From the NCBI GenBank assembly GCA_018366195.1, contig JAGZIN010000001.1, forward strand, positions 16,481-80,480: a DNA stretch of 64,000 nt. The letters are read 5' to 3'. The notes beneath the pieces were generated by a model. It searched no databases and was not told the origin of the DNA. It saw only the letters and a program-made list of their open reading frames with translations. The DNA is from Butyricicoccus pullicaecorum (GTDB lineage Bacteria; Bacillota; Clostridia; Oscillospirales; Butyricicoccaceae). Made by a program: the position numbers and the translations under genes. Shown here in pieces: positions 31,191 through 42,252 of the stretch. How positions within the stretch are numbered: the stretch's first letter is position 1; every line of letters begins with the position of its first letter.

Positions 31191-31515
31191 AATGTTGGGG
31201 TATTTCAGATATACGGAACTCAAAGTAAGCTTTGGACAGAGGTGGGGAGCGGTGCCGGAATCCATGCAATATATAGTGGAAAGTGCTTGCGAAAAACGCC
31301 GGATTCTGTAGAAAAAGAGACAAGCTATGCTGGGGAAATCTCCAAAAAAAAGGCGTTTGTACGTTTAAGAAACGTATAAAATGACAAAATTGTAAAAAGT
31401 ATATGAATCATAGTTGCATTTCAGGTTAAATATGCAATAATCATAGTAGAAGAACTGATACCAGCTCTGCACAGTACAGTTGTGCAGGACGTGAAAAGCC
31501 AAGGAGGAAGAAGGC

Positions 31516-32766
31516 ATGTTGCTGAATGACGCGATGAATTTAGTAAGCAAGTTTGATCCTGAAGTGGGAGCGATGATCCGTCGGGAATATGATCGGCAGG
31601 TATGCAACATTGAGCTGATTGCATCAGAAAATATTGTCAGCGAGGCAGTGCTCGCAGCAATGGGCTCGGTGCTGACGAACAAATATGCGGAGGGTTATCC
31701 AGGCAAGCGCTATTATGGTGGCTGTGAATATGTGGACGAGGTAGAAAACCTTGCTATTTCGCGTATTTGTAAGTTATTTGGTGCACAATATGCAAATGTG
31801 CAGCCGCATTCGGGTGCACAGGCCAATATGGCAGTCTATCAGGCCTTGTGCCAGCCGGGGGATACGGTGCTGGGCATGAGTCTGGACAATGGCGGTCACC
31901 TGACCCATGGTTCTCCGGTCAATCAGTCTGGTTTGCTTTATCGAATCATTCCGTATGGCGTAGATGATGAAGGTCAAATCGACTATGAGGCATTGCGTGT
32001 TTTGGCTGAAAAGGAAAAGCCGCGCATGATTATTGCAGGTGCTTCGGCTTATCCGCGGGCAATTGATTTTGAAAAGTTTGCAGAGATTGCGCACAGCGTT
32101 GGTGCATATCTTTTCGTGGACATGGCACATATTGCGGGTCTCGTAGCAGCGGGGCTGCATCAAAATCCGGTTCCTTTTGCAGATGTGGTCACAACAACGA
32201 CGCATAAAACACTGCGCGGTCCACGCGGCGGTGTGATTTTGACAAACAATGAAGAAATTGCCAAGAAGGTCAATAAGGCTATCTTCCCCGGAACACAGGG
32301 CGGACCTCTGATGCACATTATTGCAGCAAAGGCAGTTTGCTTTGGTGAGGCATTGCAGCCGGAGTTTAAGGCATATCAGATTCGGGTGCGCAATAATGCA
32401 CGTGTGCTGGCACAGGCGCTCCAAAAGGAAGGCTTTGACTTGGTTTCAGGCGGTACAGACAACCATCTGGCACTCATTGATTTGCGTAAGGCTGGTGTAA
32501 CTGGCAAGGAGCTGCAGCGCCGTCTTGATGAAGTGCATATCACTGCCAATAAGAATGCGATTCCGAATGACCCGCAGGGTCCGTTTATCACATCGGGTAT
32601 GCGCGTCGGTACACCGGCGGTGACAACCCGTGGCTTTGGCGAACCGGAAATGGTGCGCATTGCACAGTTTATCTGGCAGACTGCAACCGATTTTGATGCG
32701 AAAGCAGACGAAATCCGTGAAAGTGTACGCGAGATGGTCGCACAGTTCCCGATTTATCGCGTATAA
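31516..32766 (+). CDS. glyA: Serine hydroxymethyltransferase
   Basis: 416 aa with the SHMT PLP-lysine region ([14 protein letters not shown]). Confidence 0.97.
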   Translation: MLLNDAMNLVSKFDPEVGAMIRREYDRQVCNIELIASENIVSEAVLAAMGSVLTNKYAEGYPGKRYYGGCEYVDEVENLAISRICKLFGAQYANVQPHSGAQANMAVYQALCQPGDTVLGMSLDNGGHLTHGSPVNQSGLLYRIIPYGVDDEGQIDYEALRVLAEKEKPRMIIAGASAYPRAIDFEKFAEIAHSVGAYLFVDMAHIAGLVAAGLHQNPVPFADVVTTTTHKTLRGPRGGVILTNNEEIAKKVNKAIFPGTQGGPLMHIIAAKAVCFGEALQPEFKAYQIRVRNNARVLAQALQKEGFDLVSGGTDNHLALIDLRKAGVTGKELQRRLDEVHITANKNAIPNDPQGPFITSGMRVGTPAVTTRGFGEPEMVRIAQFIWQTATDFDAKADEIRESVREMVAQFPIYRV

Positions 32767-32841
32767 AAATAACTGCATCAAATCATGATGCAATTTGTCG
32801 ATGTTCATGCAGGAAACAGCATCGGCTTGGCAACGAAAAGC

Positions 32842-32888
32842 AAAGCGGCACCGGACAGGACAATACTTCTGTTGGGTGCCGCTTTTTG
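32842..32888 (+). terminator. Rho-independent terminator after glyA
   Basis: AGCGGCACC...GGTGCCGCT followed by TTTTT. Confidence 0.6.
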
Positions 32889-33141
32889 GCGGACAATTGG
32901 AATAGACAAGATACGAGAGAATCAGAGCTGGTTCGGGAACATAGGATAGAAAAGCATTGCTTTGGAAATCAGAAAAAACATGGTGATGTTTCTAGCAAAA
33001 AATGGTTATTTATTGATGTACTCGACAAAGGGACTTGCACCAAAAACAGGAAGGTAGTAAACTAGAACCATAAGCAAACCAGAATGGTTGTGCTAGGTAA
33101 AGAGAAGTAAAATCAGTAAAACAAGATGAGGTGTATTTCAT

Positions 33142-34470
33142 ATGTCTATGGAATTGAAGCTGACAGGACTCAAAGATTTTGTTCGCCCGTGGGAGCTATC
33201 CTGTATGGCACCGCTGGTTGAGACCTCCACACAGATGCTGGAGAATAAAACAGCTGCTGGAAACGATTTTTTGGGTTGGGTAGATTTGCCCAATGATTAT
33301 GACAAGGAGGAGTTTGCGCGAATCGAAAAGGCCGCTCAGAAGATTCAGGGCAATAGCGAAGTTCTGATTGTCATTGGAATCGGCGGTTCTTATCTGGGTG
33401 CCCGTGCAGCAATCGAGTTTGTAAAGGGTCAGTTCTATAATGGGGTTCGTCCAGATGGAATCCCTGAAATCTACTTTGTGGGCAACAATATTTCTTCGGG
33501 CTATCTGTCTGATATCATTCGCATCATTGGTGACCGTGATTTTTCGGTCAATGTCATTTCCAAGTCAGGTAAGACAACCGAGCCTGCGATTGCTTTCCGT
33601 GTATTTAAGAAGATGGTAGAAGAAAAGTATGGCAAGGCTGGTGCAAAGGAGCGTATCTTTGCAACGACAGATAAGGCGCAGGGTGCGCTCAAGGGGCTTG
33701 CAGATGCAGAAGGATATGAGACCTTTGTAGTTCCGGACGATGTTGGCGGACGTTTCTCGGTGCTGACCGCGGTGGGATTGCTGCCAATGGCGGTTGCAGG
33801 GTTGGACCTTGGACAGGTTATGAAGGGTGCACAGGACGCGCTGCGTGACTTTAAGGAAAAAGACAACATCTGTGCACAGTATGCGGCGCTGCGTAATATC
33901 TTATACCGCAAGGGCAAGCAGACCGAGATTCTGGTCAATTATGAGCCTTCTCTCGTCATGCTGGGTGAATGGTTCAAGCAGCTGTTTGCAGAGTCTGAGG
34001 GCAAGGATCATAAGGGTATTTTTCCGGTATCTGCGAATTTCTCAACCGACCTGCATTCGATTGGTCAGTTCATTCAGGACGGCACCCGTAATCTGTTTGA
34101 AACCGTTGTCTGGGTGCGTGAGCAAAAGCAAGATTTGTTCATTGAAGCAGACGGAGAGGACCTCGATGGTCTGAACTACCTGTCCGGCAAGAGTGTACAA
34201 TTTGTAAATTCTAAGGCATACGCCGGCACATTGCTCGCACACTGCGACGGTGGTACGCCCAATATCGTGCTCGAAATCGACCGCAATGATGAATACCATC
34301 TGGGTTATCTGATGTATTTCTTTGAAAAGGCTTGTGGTATTTCGGGATACCTTCTGGGCATCAATCCGTTTGACCAGCCGGGCGTAGAGGCATACAAGAA
34401 GAATATGTTCGCATTGCTAGGCAAACCTGGATTTGAAAAAGAAAAGGAAGCCTTGGAAGCAAGACTTTAA
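33142..34470 (+). CDS. pgi: Glucose-6-phosphate isomerase
   Basis: 442 aa with bacterial PGI motifs ([16 protein letters not shown]). Confidence 0.95.
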   Translation: MSMELKLTGLKDFVRPWELSCMAPLVETSTQMLENKTAAGNDFLGWVDLPNDYDKEEFARIEKAAQKIQGNSEVLIVIGIGGSYLGARAAIEFVKGQFYNGVRPDGIPEIYFVGNNISSGYLSDIIRIIGDRDFSVNVISKSGKTTEPAIAFRVFKKMVEEKYGKAGAKERIFATTDKAQGALKGLADAEGYETFVVPDDVGGRFSVLTAVGLLPMAVAGLDLGQVMKGAQDALRDFKEKDNICAQYAALRNILYRKGKQTEILVNYEPSLVMLGEWFKQLFAESEGKDHKGIFPVSANFSTDLHSIGQFIQDGTRNLFETVVWVREQKQDLFIEADGEDLDGLNYLSGKSVQFVNSKAYAGTLLAHCDGGTPNIVLEIDRNDEYHLGYLMYFFEKACGISGYLLGINPFDQPGVEAYKKNMFALLGKPGFEKEKEALEARL

Positions 34471-34482
34471 GCGTTGTGTTCA

Positions 34483-34521
34483 TGCAGACAGGGCGATGTT
34501 TCGCCCTTGTCTGCTTTTTTC
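34483..34521 (+). terminator. Rho-independent terminator after pgi
   Basis: GCAGACAGGGCG atgtt CGCCCTTGTCTGC followed by TTTTTT. Confidence 0.8.
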
Positions 34522-34545
34522 ATCGTGTGTTTGAGGGGAGGCGTC

Positions 34546-35364
34546 ATGATGGACAATCAGGAAATCCGTGCAAAGGCGAGAATGTTGTATCAAAAACATT
34601 TTGGATTTGTATTGCTGCTTGGATTTTGCAGCGGTGGAATCTCGAATTTAATCTGCAATTTTGCCGATTATTGGTTCCCGAAGGACTGGGGTGGAATTGT
34701 GATGCTGCTGTTGTTTTCGTTTGTCTGCATACCGCTCACGGTGGGAGCAGTTGCCTGCATGGAGGCATTATGGCTGAAGGACGACTGTACGCTTGACAGT
34801 CTGCTTTACTTTTATGCACCGCTGTCTCGTTTGGGAAGCAGCCTGCTGCTGGAGCTGCTTCCAACACTGTTCCTGCTCCTGCTCATCGTACCCGGAGGAC
34901 GACTCTATTTGTCGGGCAATATACCGATATGGGGGATTTTGCTGCTGTTGATTTTTCTTTTTTGGTTTTGTTTGCGTCTGCAAATGGCGATGATGCTGTT
35001 TGCAAGCGGAAGGGAAAAATCAGCCTTGTCTGCGCTTTGTATCTCCTACCAGAAGATGCGCGGAAGAATGTGGGACTTGCTGAGCATGATGGTGGTTCTC
35101 ATACTTCCGATGCTTCTTGTCATGTTTGTAATGCAGATGTATATACAGATATATGGAATCAACCTATTTGTGCTGCTCCTAGGTGGCTTGTTCCAGCTCT
35201 TGTATCTGCCATACAGCACGCTTGCTGAGCAGGGTTGGGTGCTGGAACGTCTGAAGGACGGTGAGCAGCCACAGGAGTCGGAAAATAAGCGGAATCAGGA
35301 GCCTTTTTTGAGCGAACGCAAAAAAGAGGTCAAGCCATCTTCGGACAAAATGAGACAGCAATAA
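34546..35364 (+). CDS. DUF975-like polytopic membrane protein
   Basis: The N-terminus EIRAKARMLYQKHFGFVLLLGF resembles the DUF975 pattern. Has several transmembrane segments. The start follows the pgi terminator and the RBS GAGGGGAGG. Confidence 0.45.
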   Translation: MMDNQEIRAKARMLYQKHFGFVLLLGFCSGGISNLICNFADYWFPKDWGGIVMLLLFSFVCIPLTVGAVACMEALWLKDDCTLDSLLYFYAPLSRLGSSLLLELLPTLFLLLLIVPGGRLYLSGNIPIWGILLLLIFLFWFCLRLQMAMMLFASGREKSALSALCISYQKMRGRMWDLLSMMVVLILPMLLVMFVMQMYIQIYGINLFVLLLGGLFQLLYLPYSTLAEQGWVLERLKDGEQPQESENKRNQEPFLSERKKEVKPSSDKMRQQ

Positions 35365-35444
35365 GTGGTAGATTTTTCTTGTCAAAATGCACCCATACAG
35401 GTATAATGAGATATGACATATCCTGCCGGAGGTGAGAAAATCGT

Positions 35445-36227
35445 ATGCTGATTGCGCTGGATATTGGAAATAACCATATCACAATTGGGGGCTTCGAGGA
35501 GGAGCATATCCGCTTTGTTGCCGCGATTGCAACCAACCCAAAACAGACGGGGGCGGAATATGCGTGCCTCATGCAAAATGTCCTGGCACTCTATCACGCA
35601 GACCAGACACCCATTACAGGTGCTGCAATCTGTTCGGTTGTGCCGGGCATGGCAGATATCCTGCATCAAGCAGCAAACTTTTTGACCGATGGCTTGATTT
35701 TAGAGGTTGGGGCTGGTGTAAAAACAGGACTCAATATCAAAATTGCAGAGCCGCGTACACTGGGAACCGACCGCGTCGTGACCGCGGTCTATGCCAGCCA
35801 TACCTATCCCATGCCCTGTGTGATTGTGGACCTTGGAACTGCGACGACGTATACCGTGCTGGACAAAACAGGTGCGCTGGTTGGCTCTGCCATTGCGGCA
35901 GGGGTACGCTTGTCGCTGTCTGCGCTTAATGAGCACACCGCACAGCTTCCCACCGTCGGACTTTCTGACGTTCCGCCATGCGTATTGGGAAAGAGCACCG
36001 CAGAAGCACTTTGCATCGGAGCGGTTTATGGCACGGCAGCGATGATTGATGGTATGGTCAGCCGATATGAGGAGGCACTGGGCACAGCGCCGACAGTGGT
36101 TCTGACCGGCGGTATGGCAGATACCATTCGTCCGTATTTACGAACCCATATCATTCACGAGCCAACACTGGCTTTGCGCGGACTGGCAGACATCTGGCAT
36201 CGAAATCAAGGCAGGACTGTCAAATAA
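35445..36227 (+). CDS. coaX: Type III pantothenate kinase (copy 2)
   Basis: Has DIGNNHITIG, GTDR and DLGTATTYT motifs. It lies next to the ECF S-component gene. Confidence 0.85.
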   Translation: MLIALDIGNNHITIGGFEEEHIRFVAAIATNPKQTGAEYACLMQNVLALYHADQTPITGAAICSVVPGMADILHQAANFLTDGLILEVGAGVKTGLNIKIAEPRTLGTDRVVTAVYASHTYPMPCVIVDLGTATTYTVLDKTGALVGSAIAAGVRLSLSALNEHTAQLPTVGLSDVPPCVLGKSTAEALCIGAVYGTAAMIDGMVSRYEEALGTAPTVVLTGGMADTIRPYLRTHIIHEPTLALRGLADIWHRNQGRTVK

Positions 36228-36272
36228 AATTGCGCTGTACCCATAGGGACGGCAGCAGGAGGTAAATGAAAT

Positions 36273-36908
36273 ATGGAAAAGAAAATGGATGTGCGCCTGC
36301 TCTCGCAGATGGCACTGCTCACGGCACTCATGCTCGTTATGGCGTTCACGCCGCTGGGCTATATCCCGCTCCCCTTTATGAATGCGACCACGATGCATAT
36401 TCCGGTCATTATTGGCGCATGTCTGTTGGGTCCTAAAATGGGTGGAATCTTAGGCGGTTTGTTTGGCATGACCAGTGTGCTCAAGGCAACCATAACCCCA
36501 AATCTGACATCATTTGTGTTTACTCCTTTTTACAGCTTTAGTCCGGATTTTCATGGAAGCTGGACGAGTCTGATTGTGGCAATTGTGCCGCGTATTCTGA
36601 TTGGTGTTGTGGCAGGATTGGTATTTCAGGGAGTGTGCAGGCTTGTGCGCAATGAAACGGTTTCGCTGGCGATTGCAGGCTTTGTCGGTTCTCTGGTCAA
36701 TACCATCGGTGTGATGGGGCTCATCTATTTGTTGTTTGGAGAACAGTATGCGGCAGCAGGTGGAACAAGCCCAGAACTGCTTTTAGGCGTCATTATCGGC
36801 GTAGTTGGCATGAATGGTGTGCCGGAAGCTATCATTGCGGCTGTTTTGACAGCGGCAGTTTGCAAAGCTTTGCTTGCGGTGACACGCAGAAGCATGACGC
36901 GGGCGTAA
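36273..36908 (+). CDS. ECF transporter S component, candidate pantothenate-specific (PanT-like)
   Basis: Six transmembrane segments, Gly-rich. AGGAGGT RBS. Confidence 0.7.
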   Translation: MEKKMDVRLLSQMALLTALMLVMAFTPLGYIPLPFMNATTMHIPVIIGACLLGPKMGGILGGLFGMTSVLKATITPNLTSFVFTPFYSFSPDFHGSWTSLIVAIVPRILIGVVAGLVFQGVCRLVRNETVSLAIAGFVGSLVNTIGVMGLIYLLFGEQYAAAGGTSPELLLGVIIGVVGMNGVPEAIIAAVLTAAVCKALLAVTRRSMTRA

Positions 36909-36929
36909 TCCATAAATTAAATCAATTGG

Positions 36930-36960
36930 GCTGTCCTTTGGGACAGCCCTTTCTTGTTTT
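36930..36960 (+). terminator. Rho-independent terminator
   Basis: GGGCTGTCC tttg GGACAGCCC followed by TTTCTTGTTTT. Confidence 0.7.
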
Positions 36961-36975
36961 GGGAGGAAGATGAGT

Positions 36976-37935
36976 ATGCGAGAAATTGGAATTTTAGAGG
37001 TTGGTGGATTTCAGGTCGGACAAGCACAGAACTTGGAAGCTGCAACCGGATTGACTGTGATTTTGTGTGACAGATGTTCGCCCTGCGGGGTGGATATTCG
37101 GGGCGGCGGACCGGCTTCAAGGGAGACACCGCTATTGGACCCTCGGGCAGCCTCCACGGGAATTCATGCGCTGGTGCTTTCAGGGGGGTCTGCCTTTGGT
37201 TTAGATGCGGCAGGTGGTGTGATGCGTTATCTGGAGGAACGGGAGATTGGATTTGATGTTGGTGTGACCAAGGTGCCGCTTGTGTGTCAGTCCTGCGTAT
37301 TCGATTTGGCGATTGGTCGGAAGGAGATTCGACCAGATGCACAGATGGCGTATGCGGCATGTGAGGCGGCATCTCGCACGTATATGCAGGAGGGCTGTGT
37401 TGGTGTTGGTACGGGCTGTACGGTGGGAAAGTGCTGCGGTGCAGAGTTTGCAATGAAGAGCGGCGTTGGCAGCTATGCGGTGGAGGTCGGAGATATGCGG
37501 GTCGGTGCAATCGTGGGTGTCAATGCCATGGGTGATGTATTTGATGTAGACACCGGAGAGCAGATTGCCGGATTGCGCACAGCCGATGGAACGGGGCTGC
37601 GTGCCAGTGAAGCGGAACTCTATCGACAGATGGAACAGGGACAAACGGTGACCAATACCACCATTGGCGCAATTGTGACCAATGTGAAGTTGGATAAGGC
37701 GCAGATGGGAAAGGTAGCAGCAATGGCGCATAATGGTTTTGCAAGAACGATTCGTCCGGTGCACACCTCTATGGACGGGGATAGTATTTATGCGCTATCG
37801 GTAGGCGATGCAGAAGGCAGTCCGGACGCGGTGGGAACACTGGCAGCCTATGTGATGGGCAAAGCAGTGAACCGTGCAGTATATACTGCGCATACGATGT
37901 GTGGACTTCCGGCTGCATGTGATTTGATGAAATGA
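36976..37935 (+). CDS. P1/S58 family peptidase (DmpA-type L-aminopeptidase/D-esterase)
   Basis: Has GFQVGQA and the self-cleaving GxS/T region. The ATG at 36976 has better RBS spacing than the one at 36970. Confidence 0.75.
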   Translation: MREIGILEVGGFQVGQAQNLEAATGLTVILCDRCSPCGVDIRGGGPASRETPLLDPRAASTGIHALVLSGGSAFGLDAAGGVMRYLEEREIGFDVGVTKVPLVCQSCVFDLAIGRKEIRPDAQMAYAACEAASRTYMQEGCVGVGTGCTVGKCCGAEFAMKSGVGSYAVEVGDMRVGAIVGVNAMGDVFDVDTGEQIAGLRTADGTGLRASEAELYRQMEQGQTVTNTTIGAIVTNVKLDKAQMGKVAAMAHNGFARTIRPVHTSMDGDSIYALSVGDAEGSPDAVGTLAAYVMGKAVNRAVYTAHTMCGLPAACDLMK

Positions 37936-37955
37936 AAAGGAGCGCTTACGAAAAG

Positions 37956-38861
37956 TTATCGTAAGCGCTCTGCTGTGTCAGGAAAGCCAAACACCTGCAT
38001 ATCGGAGGGAAGTGGTGCAGTGAAAAACAGGGGCTGTCCGGTAACAGGCTGCCGCAGGGTCAAGGTATGTGCGTGCAGTGCATGGCGGCTGATTTTGGAA
38101 AAATCAGGGTAATAGAGAAAATCACCGGGCAGAGGGTGCCCAATGTGTGAAAAGTGTACGCGGATTTGGTGTGTGCGTCCGGTTTCCAGCCAAACCCGTG
38201 CAAGAGAATATCCGTTCTTTGTATCAAGGCGTACATAGTGTGTGATGGCGCTGGCTCCGTCGGTGCGCACAATCCGCCGAATCACAGAATCCTCTGCGCG
38301 TCCAATTGGAGCCTGAATGGTGCCGCGTTCCGGAAGTTGACCAGTACAGACTGCAAGATAGGTGTGATACAGAATTTTGTGAGATGCCTGTGCGGTGAGC
38401 AGTCCGGCTGAGAGTGCATTTTTGGCAAGCACAATCAAACCCGAAGTATTCTTGTCCAGCCGTCCAATCGCACGGAAAACAAAAGGCTGATTCCGTTTTG
38501 CGTAAAGAGCGGCAAGTCCATTGGCGATTGTATTTTCTCGATTTTGCGGAGAGGGGTGGACGGCAATGCCGGCGGGTTTGTTGACAACAAAGAAATCTTC
38601 ATCTTCATACAGGATTTGTAAAGGAATGTCTGCCTGCGGAATGGTATCGCTGCAATCGGTTTCCGGCAGACAGATGCGCAGCGTTCCGCATGCGGGCAGA
38701 CGGTCAATGGTGCGGACGGGAATCCCGTCAATGCAGATACCGCTGCTTGTGTTTTTGAGTTCGACCAGTATCCGGTGGGAAACGCCCTGCCTCCGTAAAA
38801 AACGCTCCACCGTCGTACCTGCCTGAGAAGCTTCCCAGTGATAAGTTATAATTCGTTCCAT
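37956..38861 (-). CDS. RluA-family pseudouridine synthase
   Basis: Has an S4-like N-terminus and the catalytic HRLDKNTSGL motif. Confidence 0.85.
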   Translation of the reverse strand: MERIITYHWEASQAGTTVERFLRRQGVSHRILVELKNTSSGICIDGIPVRTIDRLPACGTLRICLPETDCSDTIPQADIPLQILYEDEDFFVVNKPAGIAVHPSPQNRENTIANGLAALYAKRNQPFVFRAIGRLDKNTSGLIVLAKNALSAGLLTAQASHKILYHTYLAVCTGQLPERGTIQAPIGRAEDSVIRRIVRTDGASAITHYVRLDTKNGYSLARVWLETGRTHQIRVHFSHIGHPLPGDFLYYPDFSKISRHALHAHTLTLRQPVTGQPLFFTAPLPSDMQVFGFPDTAERLR

Positions 38862-38951
38862 AGATAATATATTATAGGATTTTAGATTGTATCGCAAGCA
38901 AAAACAAGATATAATAATGAATAGAAATTTATCATCAAAGGAGAATTTGCC

Positions 38952-40019
38952 GTGCATGAATTAGAACATCAGATGCTGGGTGCATCTATGCGCAGTAAAA
39001 TTGAACAATTGATGGCGATTCCAATGGTCACCGGCTTTGAACGAGCACAGTCTATGAAGGTTCGTGATTTGTTTGCGCCGCTCTGTGATGAAATTGAGGT
39101 CGATCGTTTTGGCAATGTGATAGGCGTGCTCCGTTCCGGAAAGCCGCAGGCAAAGACCCTGCTGCTCGATGCGCACATTGACCAGATTGGTTTTGTGGTA
39201 ACAGAAGTGCTGGACAATGGATTTTTGCGCTTTCGGTCCGTAGGCGGTGTAGACCCGCGTATGCTGCTGGGAGCTGAGGTGACTATTGGTGCACCGAATG
39301 AATCGCTGTATGGTATCGTCAGCTGTCTGCCTCCGCATTTGCTGGGGGCAGGAGAAGCGGATAAGGCGCTGCCGATTCACAAAATGTGCATTGATACGGG
39401 TTTGCTTGATGCAAAGTCTGTTATCCCAATTGGCACACCAATCTGGTTTCCGGCAGATGCAGCGCACATGCCGCAAATTTCCAAAGACGCCATTACAGGT
39501 CCCAGTCTGGACGACCGCGCAGGTGCAGCTGCCATTGCTTACGCACTGGAAAAATTGCGCAAGGTAGATTTGGACGTTGATATTGCAGTGCTGCTGTCTG
39601 TGCAGGAGGAGGTTACCTCGTTGGGTGCAACCATTGGAACCTTCCGGATTCGTCCTGACTATGCCATTGCAGTTGATGTCAGCCACGCCAAGACCCCAGA
39701 TGCCCCGAACGAGTTTGAATATGGAGGCGGTGTCATTATCGGTATGGGTCCGAATATGAATCGCGCGCTGACACGCGCACTGATTCGCACTGCAAAGGCA
39801 GAGGACATGTCCTATCAGATTGAGGTGATGGAGGGCAACAGCGGAACCAATGCGTGGGAGATGCAAATTGTGGCAGGCGGTACCGCACAGGCACTTTTGT
39901 CGATTCCGCTGCGCTATATGCACACACCCATTGAAACCATTCAGTTGTCCGACGCACAATCGGTCGGCGATTTGATTTACCATTTTGTAAGACAGTTTGA
40001 CGGGGAGGTGCGTCTCTAA
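38952..40019 (+). CDS. M42 family (TET/FrvX-like) metallopeptidase, copy 1
   Basis: Has the M42 fold motifs (AHIDQIGF, DDRAG). GTG start. Confidence 0.85.
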   Translation: MHELEHQMLGASMRSKIEQLMAIPMVTGFERAQSMKVRDLFAPLCDEIEVDRFGNVIGVLRSGKPQAKTLLLDAHIDQIGFVVTEVLDNGFLRFRSVGGVDPRMLLGAEVTIGAPNESLYGIVSCLPPHLLGAGEADKALPIHKMCIDTGLLDAKSVIPIGTPIWFPADAAHMPQISKDAITGPSLDDRAGAAAIAYALEKLRKVDLDVDIAVLLSVQEEVTSLGATIGTFRIRPDYAIAVDVSHAKTPDAPNEFEYGGGVIIGMGPNMNRALTRALIRTAKAEDMSYQIEVMEGNSGTNAWEMQIVAGGTAQALLSIPLRYMHTPIETIQLSDAQSVGDLIYHFVRQFDGEVRL

Positions 40020-41083
40020 TGTATCAGGAAGAATATCAGGAGCTGCTCTCACTGACGCGCACGCTCTGTGCAATGTTTGGTCCGTCTGGTTATGAAGATG
40101 AGGTCAGGGAGTTTATTTTGCAGGCAGCCATGCCCTATGCAGACCAAATCGAAACCGATGCGATGGGAAATCTTATGGTATTGCGCAAAGGAAAGAAGCG
40201 AACCGAACGTCCCGTTATGGTCTGTGCGCATATGGACGAGGTCGGTGTCATTGCCAAGCGCTTTACGGAGGAGGGAATGGTCAAGTTCGGCTTCATCGGC
40301 GGCGTAGACCCTCGTGTCGTGATTGGAAAACGGGTTCAGTTCCGAACCGAAGCAGGGGAAACTGTGGAAGGTGTGATTGGATTTAAGGCGGTTCATCTCA
40401 CCACGCCTGCCGAGCGCAGTCAGGCACCAAAAATCAAAGACCTCTATATTGATATTGGCTGTACCAGCAAGGAACAGGCAGAGAAAAAATTGTCACTTGG
40501 CGATTACGGAACATTTGCACCGGAGATTGTGGCATTTGGAGATGGGTTCCTCAAGGCAAAGGCACTTGATGACCGTTTGGGCTGTGCGGTGATGCTGATG
40601 CTGATGCGCAGACAACCGGAAGTGGATACTTGGTTTAGCTTCCATGTGCAGGAGGAGCCGGGGCTGCGTGGTGCGGGAAGCACGACATTTTTGATTCGTC
40701 CGGCATTTTGTCTGGTTGTGGAAGGAACAACAGCGGCAGACCTTGCAGAGGCACCGGAGCACAAGCAGGTATGTGCACTCCGAAAGGGAGCGGTGCTGCC
40801 GTTTATGGATAACCGTACCATATATGATGCAGCACTGTTTGAAATGCTGCGCGATGCCTGCGAAGCGCGGGGAATCCCGTGGCAAACCAAGCAGATGATT
40901 GCAGGCGGTACAGATGCTGGTCAAATTCATAAGTCGATTGACGGTGTGCGGTCGGTGGGCGTTGCGGCACCGCTGCGTTATATCCATTCCCCGTCCTCTG
41001 TGGCGGCAGAGAGCGATATCATTGCGGTCTATCGTACCGCACAGGCATTTTTAGAGGAAATCGGAGGAGACGCAAATGTCTAA
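40019..41083 (+). CDS. M42 family metallopeptidase, copy 2
   Basis: Has the AHMDEVG...DDRLGC pattern. Translationally coupled to copy 1. Confidence 0.85.
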   Translation: MYQEEYQELLSLTRTLCAMFGPSGYEDEVREFILQAAMPYADQIETDAMGNLMVLRKGKKRTERPVMVCAHMDEVGVIAKRFTEEGMVKFGFIGGVDPRVVIGKRVQFRTEAGETVEGVIGFKAVHLTTPAERSQAPKIKDLYIDIGCTSKEQAEKKLSLGDYGTFAPEIVAFGDGFLKAKALDDRLGCAVMLMLMRRQPEVDTWFSFHVQEEPGLRGAGSTTFLIRPAFCLVVEGTTAADLAEAPEHKQVCALRKGAVLPFMDNRTIYDAALFEMLRDACEARGIPWQTKQMIAGGTDAGQIHKSIDGVRSVGVAAPLRYIHSPSSVAAESDIIAVYRTAQAFLEEIGGDANV

Positions 41084-42083
41084 GGTTTTTGAATATTACA
41101 GCAAGGTAGGCGGTGCATTCGGACCGTCCGGACGGGAAGATGATGTGCGCGAGGTGATTGGTGCACTGGCAGCAGATTACTGTGATGAGATTCAGACAGA
41201 TACACTTGGCAATCTAATTTGCCACAAAAAGGGTGCTGGTGAGAATCGCAAGAAGCTTCTGTTTGCGGCGCACATGGATACCCTTGGTGTGGTTGCAACC
41301 TGTATTGATGAAAAGGGCTTTGTACGTTTTTCTCAGGTTGGCGGCTTATCCTGGACCGACCTTATCAACATTCAGGTGAAATTTGCAAATGGCACGCATG
41401 GTGTGATTTCGTTTGAGGAAAAGACACCATGGAAGGATATGAATCTTTCCCATTTGTTCATTGATGTGGGTGCGCGCAATCGTGAAAGTGCCAAGGTAAG
41501 GGTCGGTGATTTTGGCGTGTTCTCTGCACCAACCTTTGAGCAGGACGGTGTTTTGTGCGGTCCGTATTTGGATAACCGAATTGGTTGTGTGGCACTTCTT
41601 ATGGCAATGGAGCAGCTGCCCGAAACGGTTGAGGACGATTTATACTTTGTATTTACCGTACAGGAGGAGGTTGGTCTGCGTGGTGCAGGACCGGCAGCCT
41701 TTGCAATCGAACCGGATATTGTGGTTGCAGTTGATGTGACAGACACAGGAGATTTGCCAGAGCATAAGTATCCGATGGATTGCCACATGGGAGAGGGTCC
41801 TGCAATCAAAATCATGGATTCCTCTGTGATTTGCAGTCCGGAAGTTGTGCATGCTCTGGACGAAACCGCAGCAAAGCTGGACATGCAGGTTCAGCATGAA
41901 GTCCTGCAATTTGGCGGAACAGATACCTCCATGCTGCAAAAAACTGCAATGGGAGCATTGGCAGGTGCGGTGTCCATTCCAACGCGCTATATTCATTCTC
42001 CAAGTGAGATGTGCAGCACACAAGATGTTGCACAGGCGGCAAAGCTGATTGCAGCATTTGCGGCACAGAAGCATGAAGGCTAA
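41076..42083 (+). CDS. M42 family metallopeptidase, copy 3
   Basis: Has the AHMDTLGV...DNRIGC pattern. Overlaps copy 2. Confidence 0.85.
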   Translation: MSKVFEYYSKVGGAFGPSGREDDVREVIGALAADYCDEIQTDTLGNLICHKKGAGENRKKLLFAAHMDTLGVVATCIDEKGFVRFSQVGGLSWTDLINIQVKFANGTHGVISFEEKTPWKDMNLSHLFIDVGARNRESAKVRVGDFGVFSAPTFEQDGVLCGPYLDNRIGCVALLMAMEQLPETVEDDLYFVFTVQEEVGLRGAGPAAFAIEPDIVVAVDVTDTGDLPEHKYPMDCHMGEGPAIKIMDSSVICSPEVVHALDETAAKLDMQVQHEVLQFGGTDTSMLQKTAMGALAGAVSIPTRYIHSPSEMCSTQDVAQAAKLIAAFAAQKHEG

Positions 42084-42117
42084 GAAGCAGATAGCTGTTT
42101 TCAACGCTTGCTTAAAA

Positions 42118-42160
42118 AATACCGAGCCGGTTTCCGCGGAAACTGGCTCGGTATTTTAGG
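42118..42160. terminator. Bidirectional terminator between the M42 array and the NCS2 permease
   Basis: TACCGAGCCGGTTTC cgcg GAAACTGGCTCGGTA flanked by A and T runs. Confidence 0.75.
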
Positions 42161-42252
42161 TTGGGTGTAAGCATTAAATTCTGTCAAAATTTACGGTTGG
42201 TAAGGGATATTTGACGCGGAACAATGTGTATCATGGAAAAGCAGATGAAAAA

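Noticed and set aside
31141-31515. Possible ZTP (pfl) riboswitch upstream of glyA
   Set aside because: I inspected the 375-nt AT-rich leader and found no GGGUCG...UGGCG...CCGCCUGGGC pseudoknot core. Only a coaX terminator and generic promoter-like hexamers are visible.
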